Source of the DNA: Aliivibrio fischeri ES114
GTDB taxonomy: Bacteria; Pseudomonadota; Gammaproteobacteria; Enterobacterales; Vibrionaceae
DNA: 32,000 nucleotides
Assembly: GCF_000011805.1 (NCBI RefSeq)
Contig: NC_006841.2
Reading direction: 5' to 3' (one strand)
Positions 1 to 11,060 of this stretch are shown piece by piece (position 1 is the first letter of the stretch; each line of letters begins with the position of its first letter). Made by a program: the position numbers and the translations under genes. The notes beneath the pieces are model-generated. The model searched no databases and was not told where the DNA came from. It saw only the letters and a program-made list of their open reading frames with translations.

Positions 1-4
1 AAGC

Positions 5-34
5 AAAGCGCTCTAAATATAGAGCGCTTTTTTT
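5..34. terminator. Intrinsic (probably bidirectional) terminator downstream of torA
   Basis: Perfect 8-bp stem GCGCTCTA (8-15) / TAGAGCGC (20-27), flanked by A-tract and T-tract. Confidence 0.85.
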
Positions 35-77
35 ATAAGAAATGAATGCTTATCCCATTCTATGAATGATATTGGGA

Positions 78-2537
78 TTACCCATTCATTGGTGGGGTAA
101 ACGCCGTTAATGTTGGTGCAACACCTGTGAATTTTTCAATTTTCACAACACCAGAATTACCACAGTTACCGTTACCTAGACGTGATGTTGGTATATCCAT
201 AGTTAATACGTTTGGACCACCGTTTTTACACATACCTGTTTTAGGATCTAAGTCAGGCCATGCACCTTCATGGATACATACACTGCCTTTTTTGATGCCA
301 TCAGAAACATGAGCACCAACCAAAACTTGCCCACGTTGGTTGTAAGCACGAACTAAGTCGCCATCTTTAATACCACGAGCTTTAGCATCTTCTGGGTGAA
401 TCGTAATTGGTTCACGATCTTGGATTGCATACTCTTTACGAAGATCAGCATAGTTAAATTGGCTGTGTAAACGATGAGCAGAGTGCGACGTCATTAATTG
501 AAGTTCGCCATCGGTGTAGTTGAACATCCATTCTGTTGGTTCCATCCATACAGGGTGTGGAGGACAATCATCTAACTTAAAGCCTTCGATGGTTTTTGAG
601 AAGATCTCAATTTTACCACTTGGTGTACCTAGTGGATTCATGATTGGATCTTTACGGAAGTCACCAAAACGAACAAACTCGGCATTCTTTGCGTTCCATT
701 TCATTTCGATAAGTTGGTTTGCTTCCCAGAACTTAGTGAAATTCATCATTGGAACACGTGCGTTTCGTCCACCTTTTTGAGCTGCTTTATAGAAATCACG
801 AAGCCATTCCATCTCCGTTTTATTTTCCATATATACATTACGACCACCTGGTTTTAAATGTTCAGCCATATCTGCGAAAACATCTAAATCGTTACGTGCT
901 TCATGTTGTGGCTCAACAACTTGTTTCATTGGAACTAGGTGTTGGTTAGAGTAGTCACCTGTCATCGTCATGTCATTACGCTCAAATGAGGTAGTGATTG
1001 GAAGAACGATATCCGCATGCTTTGCAGCAGCAGTCCAATATGGTTCTGAAATAACGATCAGTTCAGGTTTTTGCCACGCTTTAATCAAACGGTTGGTATC
1101 TTGGTGATGTGTAAAGTTTGCACCGCCTGCCCACCAAATCATTTTTAACTCAGGGAAAGTTAATGTATGGCCATTGTGTTGATATTGAGTTCCCGGTTTT
1201 TCTAAACATTCAACAATACGCGCAACAGGGAAAGCCGTTACTGAACCTTGAACTGCCCAATCGTTACCTGCTGATGAGCCACCGCCTAATGACGCTGACA
1301 TTGCTGGTAATACACCTGCATCACGTGTTGGGTTACCACCATTAGAGTAGTGGTATGAGTAACCAAAACCACCGCCCGGTAGTCCAACTTGACCAAGCAT
1401 AGAAGCAAGAACGGTTAGCATCCAGTGACGTTGTTCACCATGTTGTTGACGTTGCATACCCCAACCAGCCATAAGCATCGTGCGGTTTTCTTTGAAGATC
1501 TTAGCCAGCAATTCCATCTGTTTTGCTGGTACGCCACAAATCGCTTCTGCCCATTGTGGTGATTTCTCAATACCGTCTTCTTTACCCATTAAGTAAGTTT
1601 CAAATTGCTCGAAGCCCACAGTGTACTTAGAAAGGAATTCAGTATCGTGCTGCTGTGTTTTAACTAATTGATGAGCGATACCCATCATCATTGCCACATC
1701 TGATTGTGGGTTCGGTGCAATCCATTGTGCATTATCACCAAAGAATTCAGCAGTTTCTGAACGCATTGGGTCAATAATGATGATGGTTTTGCCTGATTTT
1801 TTCAGTTGATGGAAAAACTCAAGGCCTTGCCCGTCTGTTGAAGACCATGCAATTTTTAGTGTGTTTAATGGGTTTAGACCCCATAACACAACCACTTCAC
1901 TGTTTTCTAAAATAACAGGATAAGTAGTTTGTTGTTCATATACTTCGATAGAACCAACAACGTGTGGCATGATAACTTGAGCTGCACCTGTTGAGTAATC
2001 GCCTAAGTGACCAGCATAACCACCAGACATACTCATGTAACGTTGCAGTAGTGTTTGTGCTTTATGTAATACACCACTTGAACGCCAACCGTAAGAGCCA
2101 GCAAAAATAGACTCAGGTCCGTTTTCTTTTCGAATACGCATGTGCTGTTCGTGAATTAGTTTGTATGCTTCATCCCATGAAACACGTACAAATTCATCAC
2201 TGCCTCGAACACCTTGAGGGTTGCTTGGGTTTTCTAAATAACCTTTACGAACCATTGGGTATTTTACACGAGCTTTTGTATAAACTTGCGATGGTCCCGT
2301 TTGTTGTAAGCTATTAGGTACGGTCTGAGCTAAACCACTTTTGGTTGATAGTAGCTCGCCATCGTTTACTTCACAAAGTAATGGGCCCATGCGACCAGCA
2401 GTTAAAACCAATGAATCTGTGCGACCAGCGGTAGCGGCATTAACAGATAAAGGAGCGATAGACGTAATCGCTAGTGCACCTGCTGATGCACCTGCGCCTT
2501 TTAAAAAGCCGCGACGAGAAATGTTAGTCATAGTCAC
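78..2537 (-). CDS. torA: Trimethylamine-N-oxide reductase, periplasmic molybdoenzyme (Tat-exported); ATG start at 2531 also possible
   Basis: 819-aa ORF; Tat signal SRRGFLKG near the N terminus; molybdopterin oxidoreductase features ([34 protein letters not shown]); adjacent to a multihaem TorC-type cytochrome. Confidence 0.93.
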   Translation of the reverse strand: MTMTNISRRGFLKGAGASAGALAITSIAPLSVNAATAGRTDSLVLTAGRMGPLLCEVNDGELLSTKSGLAQTVPNSLQQTGPSQVYTKARVKYPMVRKGYLENPSNPQGVRGSDEFVRVSWDEAYKLIHEQHMRIRKENGPESIFAGSYGWRSSGVLHKAQTLLQRYMSMSGGYAGHLGDYSTGAAQVIMPHVVGSIEVYEQQTTYPVILENSEVVVLWGLNPLNTLKIAWSSTDGQGLEFFHQLKKSGKTIIIIDPMRSETAEFFGDNAQWIAPNPQSDVAMMMGIAHQLVKTQQHDTEFLSKYTVGFEQFETYLMGKEDGIEKSPQWAEAICGVPAKQMELLAKIFKENRTMLMAGWGMQRQQHGEQRHWMLTVLASMLGQVGLPGGGFGYSYHYSNGGNPTRDAGVLPAMSASLGGGSSAGNDWAVQGSVTAFPVARIVECLEKPGTQYQHNGHTLTFPELKMIWWAGGANFTHHQDTNRLIKAWQKPELIVISEPYWTAAAKHADIVLPITTSFERNDMTMTGDYSNQHLVPMKQVVEPQHEARNDLDVFADMAEHLKPGGRNVYMENKTEMEWLRDFYKAAQKGGRNARVPMMNFTKFWEANQLIEMKWNAKNAEFVRFGDFRKDPIMNPLGTPSGKIEIFSKTIEGFKLDDCPPHPVWMEPTEWMFNYTDGELQLMTSHSAHRLHSQFNYADLRKEYAIQDREPITIHPEDAKARGIKDGDLVRAYNQRGQVLVGAHVSDGIKKGSVCIHEGAWPDLDPKTGMCKNGGPNVLTMDIPTSRLGNGNCGNSGVVKIEKFTGVAPTLTAFTPPMNG

Positions 2538-2543
2538 TCTCTC

Positions 2544-3659
2544 TTATTTGTGATTAGCCACGTCTTTAGCGTGGTTTTGGAAGAATTTAGTTAGGATTTC
2601 TAGGTTCAGTGCTGATATATCAGTACGTGCACCCATGCTTTTAGCTACAGGACCCCAAGAGTTCACTGTGAAGTGATTTGCTGGAATTTTGGCATGACAT
2701 GTTGAACAGTACACATTATCAAGCTCTTCAGCGTAGTCCCATAAAGGCTGGTTTGACGCTAGAACAGGTGCATCGATTGTGCCTGTTAGCTCGGCGCTGC
2801 GCCATTCATTGCCGTAAGCATCGGTAGTTGCTTCACCCAGAGTTAATGCTTTAATGCCTTTTTCTGTTAGCGTCGCGATGATTGAACGTTGGCCTTCACC
2901 CATGTAAATAACTGATTCAGCCCCTTTCATTTGGAAGCCTGAAACCGTTACAGTGCGAGTTTCATCTTTTGCGCTTACCGTTGTAAGTTCAACCGTTGGA
3001 TTGATGATGGCAAGATCAGACATCTTAATATTTTCAATAGGGTAAACTTTTTCAGCATCAAGCTTGGTGTTTTTCGCCATATCAAATAAATGATCGAATG
3101 CAGACGTATCTAATTTAGCTTGAGGTGCAAAGTGAGCAACACCTTTGTGGCAGTCGATACAAGTTTGGTTGTTTTCTTGTCCATAAGCGTGCATTTTTTG
3201 TGCGCTTACTGATTGGTCATAGGTTTCCATTGCATCAAAACTATGACAAGAACGACATGTCGCTGAATCATTTTCACGCATTTGTTCCCACACCGTTTCA
3301 GCCATAGCTAAACGATGTTCTTCGTATTTTTCATCCGTATCAATTTTACCAGTAACGAATTCATGATAGATGTCTTTAGAAGCACGAATTTTCGTAATTA
3401 AGTAATCAATTGGTTCTTGAGGAATGTGACAGTCTGCACATTCAGCTCGAATGCCTTTTTGGTTACTAAAATGAACGGAACCTTGATATTCATGCAGTGG
3501 TTTCTCCATTGTATGGCATGAAACACAAAACTCAGTACTAGAAGTGGCGTGGAGAACTGCTTGCGTACCGCCAAAGGTTAACCAACCAATGGCAATACCG
3601 ACAGCAGCGATTAAAGCGATATAGCGTTTGTTCATAATAATGATCCTTAATTTAGCCAC
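2544..3659 (-). CDS. torC: Pentahaem c-type cytochrome, NapC/NirT/TorC family quinol dehydrogenase; ATG (MNKRYIA...) at 3635 probably the true start
   Basis: N-terminal membrane anchor; five CXXCH motifs (CVSCH, CADCH, CRSCH, CIDCH, CSTCH); stop lies 6 bp before the torA start on the same strand. Confidence 0.9.
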   Translation of the reverse strand: MAKLRIIIMNKRYIALIAAVGIAIGWLTFGGTQAVLHATSSTEFCVSCHTMEKPLHEYQGSVHFSNQKGIRAECADCHIPQEPIDYLITKIRASKDIYHEFVTGKIDTDEKYEEHRLAMAETVWEQMRENDSATCRSCHSFDAMETYDQSVSAQKMHAYGQENNQTCIDCHKGVAHFAPQAKLDTSAFDHLFDMAKNTKLDAEKVYPIENIKMSDLAIINPTVELTTVSAKDETRTVTVSGFQMKGAESVIYMGEGQRSIIATLTEKGIKALTLGEATTDAYGNEWRSAELTGTIDAPVLASNQPLWDYAEELDNVYCSTCHAKIPANHFTVNSWGPVAKSMGARTDISALNLEILTKFFQNHAKDVANHK

Positions 3660-3922
3660 ATTCTATGTGTGGTCAATCGCAATATTACCACTTTGGGGTT
3701 AATGGTATGTAAGTAAAAAATAAAATATTTCAAAAAGTGTAACCTAATGCTCAAAAATGAGAGTTCTATTAATAAGCTGTTTTATATTTCATTGCTGTAT
3801 TGATGAAAATCTGTTCATTAATTGTTGAACCTTCAGTTTGATTTTGTTGAAAAATATTGTTCATGCGTAACGCCGTCTTTACCTTTCTTTACGAATGCAA
3901 AGAATGTAAATTTAATGCAAAT

Positions 3923-3941
3923 GGTAACAATTATCATTTAT
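3923..3941. promoter_or_regulatory. Weak candidate Fur box upstream of the TonB-dependent receptor
   Basis: GGTAACAATTATCATTTAT, about 12/19 to GATAATGATAATCATTATC, about 60 bp upstream of the receptor start. Confidence 0.4.
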
Positions 3942-4001
3942 ATTCCTTCTCAGATTTTTATCACCCGTTTAATAAATAAAAAGATTTGGAGATAATGGAA
4001 T

Positions 4002-6104
4002 ATGTTTTCTAAAAGTCAGTTAGCTCTTGTTATTAGCGCAGTTTTATCAACGCCTTTTGCTTACGCTGAAACAGATGCATCAACAACTGATGAGCACATG
4101 GTTGTTACTGGTCGTGACTATGGTTACAAGGCAGATACAAATTCAAGCTCAATGCGAATGGAGGCAACTCAACTAGAAACTCCAGGACAAGTGAGTGTTA
4201 TTGATGAGCAACTGATTGATGAACAACGTGCAAGTACGCTTGGGGAAGTTCTAAAAAATGATGCAAGTATCGGTGCTGGCGCAACTACACGTAACCGTGA
4301 GCAGTTTACATTACGTGGCTTTTCACTAAGCAGTAGTTCTGGTTTCTTACGTGATGGAAAACAACATTGGTCTCATTATCGTCAACCAATTGAATTATTA
4401 GATCGTGTTGAGATATTAAAAGGTCCTTCGGGTCTGTTATATGGCCAGTCAGCTCCGGGTGGTTTGGTTAATATGGTTGCTAAAAAGCCAACCTATGAAA
4501 CTCAAGTAAGCGTGAGTCAAGATCTAGGCTCAAATAATGACTCTCGAACAACTGCGGATGTAAGTGGTGCATTGAATGACGACCAAACATTACGTGGTCG
4601 TGCCATTGTCTCAAAGCAAACTTACAACTCATGGCGTCAATACAGTGATGGAACAGTTCCATCTACAGAGCGCTTTGTTGGTGGTTTATTCTTAGATTAT
4701 GACATTAATGATGACATCACAGTGTCGTTCCATTATGACCGTACAATTGATGAAGGTAGTGTCGATTCAGGTGCTTACATCAAAGATGGCAAAACAGTAG
4801 TAAATGATAAATACATTTGGGATGCACAGTGGTCAAAAATCGAAAATGATGTAGAAAACATTGGTGTTGATGTTACTGCAAACTTAACTGATGTATGGCG
4901 CATTAACGCAAGCTTTAATCATCAAGATTTTAACCGTCATGACGTAGAGAGCTTCCCTAAAGAAGAAACTTATAATCCAGCAACGGGTGAATACGTTCAA
5001 GGTGGTAGTGATCGTAAAGATAACTGGGTATTTAAAACAGCAAGTATTGATTTAATCGGTGAATTTGATGCGTTAGGCGTAAGCCACCAAATGCTATTTG
5101 GTAGTAACTGGTTAGGTTATCGTTATGACCGTTTAGAGTACTCATTTAATAGCTCTGTAGGTCAAGTTGGTGAGCCTGCTCCTGCTCCAGAACGTAATCC
5201 AAATAAAGATCCTAGAGATACAACATCTAAGTACGATACATGGGGTTTCTATGCTCAGGATATGATTACGTTTAATGAGCAATGGCAAGCATTAGTTGGT
5301 GTTCGTTTAGACCGTCAAGTTGAAGAAGGCCTAGCAGAAGAAGCAGTATCACCTAAGTTTGCGGTTATTTACCACCCGATGGATATTGGTTCTATCTATG
5401 CAACGTATTCTGAAAGTTTTGAAATGCAAGGTGAAGTATCAGGCAGTGAGTACGTAAATGACGGCCAAAAACTGGATCCTTTACGTGGTAAGTTGTATGA
5501 GCTAGGTACTAAATGGGAATTAATGGATAACCAGCTGTTTGTATCTGGTGCTGTATTTGATATTACCCAAGAAAACTCAACGATTGATGTTGATTTAGGT
5601 GGTGGTAAGAAAGAAAAAACACAATCAGGTGAACGTGTTCACCGTGGTGTCGAGTTAGCGATGCAAGGCTTTATTACTGAGCAGTTATCGATGAGCGGTT
5701 CAGCAACATATCTAGATGCTGAATATGCCAAAGATGAGAAGTATGAAGGTAACCGTCCTGCGGATGTGCCTGAATATACTGCAAGTGTATGGACTCGCTA
5801 TGCATTTACTAATAGTACCGATGCAAACTTAGGCGCTATCTATGTTGGTGAGCGTTACGGTGATGCAGCGAATACCTTTAAAAAAGATGGCTATGCACGT
5901 TTCGATCTAGGGTTATCTCATACTATTAAGTATGACCAAGATTTAACCTTTGTTGCTCGCTTTAATGTTGAAAACTTGTTTGATACTGATTACTTAGCAG
6001 GTGGTGGTTCAACTGGTAAGAATGGTTACGCAACCGATGGGGCATCGAATGTTGTTATTGGTGAAGGCCGAAACTACATGGCGACACTGCAAGTTAAATA
6101 CTAA
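4002..6104 (+). CDS. TonB-dependent siderophore receptor (outer membrane, FhuA/FhuE-like)
   Basis: 700 aa; signal peptide; plug domain (EATQLETPGQVSVIDEQLI...LRGFSLSSSSGFLRDG...VEILKGPSGLLYGQSAPGGLVNMVAKKP); C-terminal NVENLFDTDYLAGG... ending with aromatic-terminated beta strand. Confidence 0.92.
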   Translation: MFSKSQLALVISAVLSTPFAYAETDASTTDEHMVVTGRDYGYKADTNSSSMRMEATQLETPGQVSVIDEQLIDEQRASTLGEVLKNDASIGAGATTRNREQFTLRGFSLSSSSGFLRDGKQHWSHYRQPIELLDRVEILKGPSGLLYGQSAPGGLVNMVAKKPTYETQVSVSQDLGSNNDSRTTADVSGALNDDQTLRGRAIVSKQTYNSWRQYSDGTVPSTERFVGGLFLDYDINDDITVSFHYDRTIDEGSVDSGAYIKDGKTVVNDKYIWDAQWSKIENDVENIGVDVTANLTDVWRINASFNHQDFNRHDVESFPKEETYNPATGEYVQGGSDRKDNWVFKTASIDLIGEFDALGVSHQMLFGSNWLGYRYDRLEYSFNSSVGQVGEPAPAPERNPNKDPRDTTSKYDTWGFYAQDMITFNEQWQALVGVRLDRQVEEGLAEEAVSPKFAVIYHPMDIGSIYATYSESFEMQGEVSGSEYVNDGQKLDPLRGKLYELGTKWELMDNQLFVSGAVFDITQENSTIDVDLGGGKKEKTQSGERVHRGVELAMQGFITEQLSMSGSATYLDAEYAKDEKYEGNRPADVPEYTASVWTRYAFTNSTDANLGAIYVGERYGDAANTFKKDGYARFDLGLSHTIKYDQDLTFVARFNVENLFDTDYLAGGGSTGKNGYATDGASNVVIGEGRNYMATLQVKY

Positions 6105-6121
6105 TTTATTGTAATAAAAAT

Positions 6122-6144
6122 AAGGGAGGCCTCGGTCTCCCTTT
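6122..6144 (+). terminator. Hairpin downstream of the receptor gene, possible attenuating terminator
   Basis: Stem AAGGGAG (6122-6128) / CTCCCTT (6137-6143); short, weak T-tract. Confidence 0.5.
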
Positions 6145-6205
6145 AGTGCGTTTATTTGAATACAAATTTTTAAGAGATTGTTCTTAAAAACAAACAGTTA
6201 AGAAA

Positions 6206-6982
6206 TTGATAAATATGAATATTCTAAAAACCAGTATCGGTATTGCATTAGCAACCGTGATCACAACCGCTCAGGCTACTGCGCTTGATCAAGCACGAGT
6301 AATTGAAAATAAATCAAATACTTCTTCAGCGATAAGCCAGCAGAAAATCGATAAAAGTGCAGAAGCGACATTAGCCTACAAAGCAGAAATTGAGCAGCTT
6401 CAAGAAGAAGTGAAAAACTTGGTTGTGTATCGTGATCACTTAACGGGTTTAGTGAATAGTCAGCAGCAAGAGATGGTAAGTTTAAATGACCAAATTGACA
6501 CCATTAAAGAGACCAGACAAGGCGTTGTTCCTTTAATGTATAAGATGCTATCTGGTTTAACGACATTAGTTGAACAAGATAAGCCAATTAAAACAGAAGA
6601 GCGTTTACATCGTATTGCAAAGCTTGAACATATGATGACAAGAGCGGATGTGAGTGATGCAGAAAAATATCGCCGACTTCTTGAAGCCTACCAGATCGAA
6701 ATGGATTACGGCACAAAGCTAGGTACATACCAAATGCAGATCATTGTTGAAGATAATGAACAAATTGATGCAGATATGCTGCATTTAGGACGAGTATCTT
6801 TACTTGCTCGTCGTCTTGATGCTTCTCAATATTGGAGTTGGAATACGTACACCAACCAATGGGAGGCACTGGACTCTGAATTTAATGATGATTTAGCAAA
6901 AGCCTATTCAGTTGCTTATAAACAAGTTGCCCCAAGTTTATTGACTCTGCCTGTATCTTTATCACTAAAAGAGGTGAAATAA
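6206..6982 (+). CDS. DUF3450-like periplasmic coiled-coil protein of the TonB2 cluster
   Basis: 258 aa with signal peptide and N-terminal coiled coil (EIEQLQEEVKNLVVYRDHLTGLVNSQQQEMVSLNDQIDTIKETRQGVVPLMYKMLSGL); first gene of the TtpC/ExbB/ExbD/TonB cluster. Confidence 0.8.
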   Translation: MINMNILKTSIGIALATVITTAQATALDQARVIENKSNTSSAISQQKIDKSAEATLAYKAEIEQLQEEVKNLVVYRDHLTGLVNSQQQEMVSLNDQIDTIKETRQGVVPLMYKMLSGLTTLVEQDKPIKTEERLHRIAKLEHMMTRADVSDAEKYRRLLEAYQIEMDYGTKLGTYQMQIIVEDNEQIDADMLHLGRVSLLARRLDASQYWSWNTYTNQWEALDSEFNDDLAKAYSVAYKQVAPSLLTLPVSLSLKEVK

Positions 6983-6983
6983 C

Positions 6984-8339
6984 ATGACAATTAAGCCACT
7001 GATTTTAGCTGTTTCACTGCTTGGTCTTTCGATTAATACGGCGACAGCAAACACTGAATTGTTGAAAGAGACAAAACAAGCAAGTCATGTACAAAAGCAA
7101 CATGATGCACAACGAGAGTCTGGTTTTAAACAAACAGAACAAAGCTTAAAAGCCCAAAGAAACGCATTGATTGCAGAGCGTAAAAAGTTGCAAAAAGAAA
7201 GCGATCAATTAAGTGCTACCTTCAGCAAAAATGAAAAAACACTCGCAACATTAGAGCAGCAGCTGCATTTAGAAACAGGCAGCTTAGGTGAATTGTTTGG
7301 GGTGGTAAGACAGACAGCAAAAGACGTGAATGCAGAGTTAAAAAACTCGATGTCAGGATCAGAAAATAATAAATATAATCAGTTGATTGCTGATATCGTT
7401 GCAGCGAAATCTTTGCCATCTATGACGCAGCTAACGGGATTATGGCAAACCATGGCTCAGCAAGTTAATGCTAGTTCAGAGTTAGAGTTAACGACAGTAA
7501 CTATGATTAATGGTTCTGGTCATCGTCAATCAATCAATGCTTATCGCTTAGGGAATATGGCACTGGTTGGTGAAGGTGGCTTTTTGCAGTGGGACAATAA
7601 AAAGCAAGTTGCGACTTATTACGCTCAACAGCCAAAACTGACTCCGACAACGACGATCTTATCTGAGATGCCAAGCGAACAAGTCATCATGATGGCAAGC
7701 GATCCTTCACGCGGTATTATGTTAGAGCAATTAGCGAATACGCCAACAATGAAAGAGCGTCTTCAAGCGGGTGGTGTGGTTGGTAAAATCATTATTGGTT
7801 TATTACTAATTGGATTGATTATTTCATTATTTAATGGCGTGAGATTGTTTGTTATTCGTCAACAAATTAGAAAGCAATTAAAACAACCACAAGAGCTTGG
7901 TCAAAATCCATTAGGTCGTGTGCTTGCCGTTTACGATGCAGAAAAACAACGTTCAGTTGAAGCATTAGAATTACGCCTATTAGAAACCATCGTTGATGAG
8001 CAGCAAGGGCTAGAAAAAGGGTTGTCTATGCTTAAACTATTAGCAGCTTTGGCTCCAATGTTAGGACTTTTAGGTACGGTTACCGGCATGATCGAAACAT
8101 TCCAAGTGATTACACTGTTTGGTAATGGTGATCCAAAAGTGATGGCGGGTGGTATTTCGATGGCGCTAGTTACTACGGTTTTAGGTTTAGTTGCGGCAAT
8201 GCCACTATTACTTACGCATAATATTTTAAGCTCACAAGCTGAAAGCATTCGCACTATTCTTGAAAAACAAGGCTTAGGGCTAGTTGCTGAACAAGCTGAA
8301 AAAGTAGTGCAACCAAACGCAATGGATATGGCAGCGTAA
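6984..8339 (+). CDS. ttpC: TtpC-like large MotA/TolQ/ExbB-family protein of the TonB2 system
   Basis: 451 aa; signal peptide plus periplasmic coiled coil, then MotA/TolQ/ExbB signature (LAALAPMLGLLGTVTGMIETFQVITLFGNGDPKVMAGGISMALVTTVLGLVAAMPLLL). Confidence 0.85.
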   Translation: MTIKPLILAVSLLGLSINTATANTELLKETKQASHVQKQHDAQRESGFKQTEQSLKAQRNALIAERKKLQKESDQLSATFSKNEKTLATLEQQLHLETGSLGELFGVVRQTAKDVNAELKNSMSGSENNKYNQLIADIVAAKSLPSMTQLTGLWQTMAQQVNASSELELTTVTMINGSGHRQSINAYRLGNMALVGEGGFLQWDNKKQVATYYAQQPKLTPTTTILSEMPSEQVIMMASDPSRGIMLEQLANTPTMKERLQAGGVVGKIIIGLLLIGLIISLFNGVRLFVIRQQIRKQLKQPQELGQNPLGRVLAVYDAEKQRSVEALELRLLETIVDEQQGLEKGLSMLKLLAALAPMLGLLGTVTGMIETFQVITLFGNGDPKVMAGGISMALVTTVLGLVAAMPLLLTHNILSSQAESIRTILEKQGLGLVAEQAEKVVQPNAMDMAA

Positions 8340-8848
8340 TGACGGCTTTTCTTTCACATTTTATGGCTCAAGGCGGCCCCATTTTATGGTGGTTGGCCGC
8401 AGTGGTTGCATTGTGTTGGTTATTGGTTATCGAGCGAATTTTTTTCATATCGTTTAGTTTTCCAATACAACGAAAACGATGGATTGAGCAATGGCAGCAG
8501 CGCAATGATCATGAATCTTGGTATGCCAAAACCATTAGAGATGGGTGGATCAGTGAAGCTCATCTGCAACTAAATCAATATTTGAATTTCATTAAGGTGT
8601 TAGTGGCAATATGCCCTATGTTAGGTTTGTTAGGTACGGTTACAGGGATGATCTCTGTGTTTGATGTAATGGCAAATCAAGGCAGTAGCCAACCCAAACT
8701 AATGGCATCAGGTATTTCATTGGCGACATTGCCAACGATGGCCGGAATGGTTGCAGCTTTGGCGGGAATGTTTGTTCATGCTCGTCTAGCTAAAGTTTGT
8801 CGTCGTAAAGAGCATCAGTTAGAAAAAGCATTAAGGAGTCAGTCATGA
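8339..8848 (+). CDS. exbB2: ExbB-family biopolymer transport protein (TonB2 system)
   Basis: 169 aa; ICPMLGLLGTVTGMISVFDVMANQGSSQPKLMASGISLATLPTMAGMVAALAGMF; start overlaps the upstream stop. Confidence 0.9.
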   Translation: MTAFLSHFMAQGGPILWWLAAVVALCWLLVIERIFFISFSFPIQRKRWIEQWQQRNDHESWYAKTIRDGWISEAHLQLNQYLNFIKVLVAICPMLGLLGTVTGMISVFDVMANQGSSQPKLMASGISLATLPTMAGMVAALAGMFVHARLAKVCRRKEHQLEKALRSQS

Positions 8849-9249
8849 GACTTGGCCGTCGTTCTTCACATCAAGAAGAAGCACAAATCGATTTAACATC
8901 AATGTTAGATATCGTCTTTATTATGTTGATCTTTTTTATTGTAACGAGTTCATTTGTACGTGAATCAGGCGTAGAAGTTAATCGTCCTCAAGCCAGTAAC
9001 GTATCAAGCCAAAAAGATGCGGGGATATTTGTGGCTATCACTGCATCAAACGATATTTTTATTGATAAACGCATGGTGGATGCTGAACGAGTGCAAGCAA
9101 CCTTAGAGCATTTATTGCTTGAACAACCAGAAGCGTCATTAGTTATTCAAGCGGATGAACATGCGTATAACGGTACGGTTATTAAAGTGATGGATGCAGC
9201 GAAAGGCGCTGGTGTTAAAGGTATCGCTTTAGCTGCGGAGAAAGGCTGA
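8845..9249 (+). CDS. exbD2: ExbD-family biopolymer transport protein (TonB2 system)
   Basis: 134 aa; IDLTSMLDIVFIMLIFFIVTSSFVRESGVEVNRP; 4-bp overlap with exbB2. Confidence 0.92.
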   Translation: MRLGRRSSHQEEAQIDLTSMLDIVFIMLIFFIVTSSFVRESGVEVNRPQASNVSSQKDAGIFVAITASNDIFIDKRMVDAERVQATLEHLLLEQPEASLVIQADEHAYNGTVIKVMDAAKGAGVKGIALAAEKG

Positions 9250-9869
9250 TGTGGCGTTTATTTTTAGCTATGCCAATCGCAATATCCATGACGTTTGGCA
9301 TATTCACATTTATGGCTTGGATGGTAGATAACGGCACTCAAGAGAAGCCTGAAAGCAGTGAAACGGTTCGTTTTGATATGGTAATGGCAGAACAAGAGCA
9401 AGATGTACAGCGCCGCCAACGCCGTGTGCCTGAAAAGCCAGATACACCGGAGCCTCCACCACAAGCGACCCCAATGGCAGCTCAAACTCAAACGTCAATG
9501 GCGACACCACAGAGTCCAATGCCACTGATTGGGTTGGACTCAAGTATTTCTGGTTTAGCCATTAGCGCGCCAAATTTTGCGGACTTTACAGGTAATCAGC
9601 AAGCAATGCCATTGTATCGTGTTGAACCTCGCTATCCTTCTAAAGCGATGAAAAGAGGGGCTGAGGGCTTTGTTGTTATGTCGTTTACGATTGATGAGCA
9701 AGGTCGTCCTACTGACGTAAAAGTAACTGATGCAAAACCTCGTAGAATGTTCGAGAGAGAAGCGGTTAAAGCGTTGAAAAAATGGAAATATCAGCCAAAA
9801 GTGATTGATGGTAAAACCATTGCTCAAGTCGGACAAACCGTGAAATTGGAGTTTACATTAGCAAAATGA
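9249..9869 (+). CDS. tonB2: TonB-family energy transducer (TonB2)
   Basis: 206 aa; N-terminal TM segment, Pro-rich linker, C-terminal domain VEPRYPSKAMKRGAEGFVVMSFTIDEQGRPTDVKVTDAKPRRMFEREAVKALKKWKYQPK. Confidence 0.93.
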   Translation: MWRLFLAMPIAISMTFGIFTFMAWMVDNGTQEKPESSETVRFDMVMAEQEQDVQRRQRRVPEKPDTPEPPPQATPMAAQTQTSMATPQSPMPLIGLDSSISGLAISAPNFADFTGNQQAMPLYRVEPRYPSKAMKRGAEGFVVMSFTIDEQGRPTDVKVTDAKPRRMFEREAVKALKKWKYQPKVIDGKTIAQVGQTVKLEFTLAK

Positions 9870-11047
9870 TGAAATTTATCTTCCCTCTTTTTAGCGTTGT
9901 TTTGATGTTCAGTGGATTTGCCCAAGCGCAGCAATTAACCCAATATAATGCGGCAAAAGTACAGCGAGCAATTCAATTGCAGCAACAAGATAAAATAGTG
10001 GATGCTATTGATGTTCTGTCTAAACTAACGCCATCACAGGCTTATGATAAAGCCTATGTACAGCGAATGTTAGGTGTTTTCCATTGGCAAAATGGGAACA
10101 GTAAAGCGGCGGTAAAATACCTTTCAACTGCAGTTAACAGCCAGCAACTCGTTGATGAACAAGCGTGGGTAACACAGCGCATGTTGGCGGATTTACTATT
10201 AACAGAACAACGGTTTAAAGAGGCATTACCTCATTACTACCAATTAACGAAAACAATACCTAAAAATCAAAAAGTAGGGGACTTATGGTTTCGGATTGCT
10301 CAAACACATTATCAAATCTCACAGTGGGATAAGGTGCTATCTGCATTAAATAAGCATCAAAAAGTAGCGAAAATTCATAAAGAACAAGACAAAAGACAAT
10401 TGTTGGTTTTAAAACTTGGTGCGCAATTACAACGTAAATATTGGAAGTCAGCGATACCTACATTAACTGCTTTGATTGAATTAGAGCCTGATCAGGCTGG
10501 GTGGTGGCAGCAATTATCAAGTATTCAGCTGCAATTGAATCAACCAAGTAATGCGTTGGATACCTTGGTGTTAGCACAGCGTCAAGGCATTGTGTTAAGT
10601 CAATCTGAGTTGAAAATATTAGCGCAGTTATATGCACAACGTGGTATTCCTGAAAAAGCGGCGCAAGTGATGGCGCAATTAGCAGATTATGAAACAGATA
10701 AAGAAATAATAATTACGCAAGCAAGCTACTGGCAAGCCGCAAAAGAGTGGGATAAAGCAATTGCAGTTTGGCAAAAAGCCGCGCAGTTTGATGGTCAATA
10801 TTATTGGCAAGTTGCTCAGCTTCAGATTCAAGAGGGGTATTATCAACAAGGGCTAAAAAGTCTTAATAAGGTAAAGGATTACAATAAAACCGATGATGTA
10901 GCATTAGCTAAAACTCGTGCTTACTATAAGTTAAATCAACTGGAATTAGCACTTGTTAATGCTAAAAGAGCTAATGAGTTTAAACCATCTAATGAAGCAA
11001 AAGGGTGGATACAATATTTGTCTCAAATGAGGCAGATTAAAGGTTAA
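9866..11047 (+). CDS. TPR-repeat protein of the TonB2 cluster
   Basis: 393 aa with signal peptide and repeated TPR-like units (AYVQRMLGVFHWQNGNSKAAVKYLSTAV..., DLWFRIAQTHYQISQWDKVLSAL...); 4-bp overlap with tonB2. Confidence 0.85.
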   Translation: MMKFIFPLFSVVLMFSGFAQAQQLTQYNAAKVQRAIQLQQQDKIVDAIDVLSKLTPSQAYDKAYVQRMLGVFHWQNGNSKAAVKYLSTAVNSQQLVDEQAWVTQRMLADLLLTEQRFKEALPHYYQLTKTIPKNQKVGDLWFRIAQTHYQISQWDKVLSALNKHQKVAKIHKEQDKRQLLVLKLGAQLQRKYWKSAIPTLTALIELEPDQAGWWQQLSSIQLQLNQPSNALDTLVLAQRQGIVLSQSELKILAQLYAQRGIPEKAAQVMAQLADYETDKEIIITQASYWQAAKEWDKAIAVWQKAAQFDGQYYWQVAQLQIQEGYYQQGLKSLNKVKDYNKTDDVALAKTRAYYKLNQLELALVNAKRANEFKPSNEAKGWIQYLSQMRQIKG

Positions 11048-11060
11048 TCTACTTAATAAA

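Noticed and set aside
127-1345. Several small plus-strand ORFs (127..312, 520..780, 749..949, 1118..1345)
   Set aside because: All are antisense to the well-supported torA coding sequence and show no domain features.
7222-9836. Minus-strand ORFs inside the TonB2 cluster (7222..7419, 7931..8254, 9264..9491, 9310..9543, 9555..9836)
   Set aside because: Shadow ORFs opposite well-supported genes ttpC, exbD2 and tonB2.
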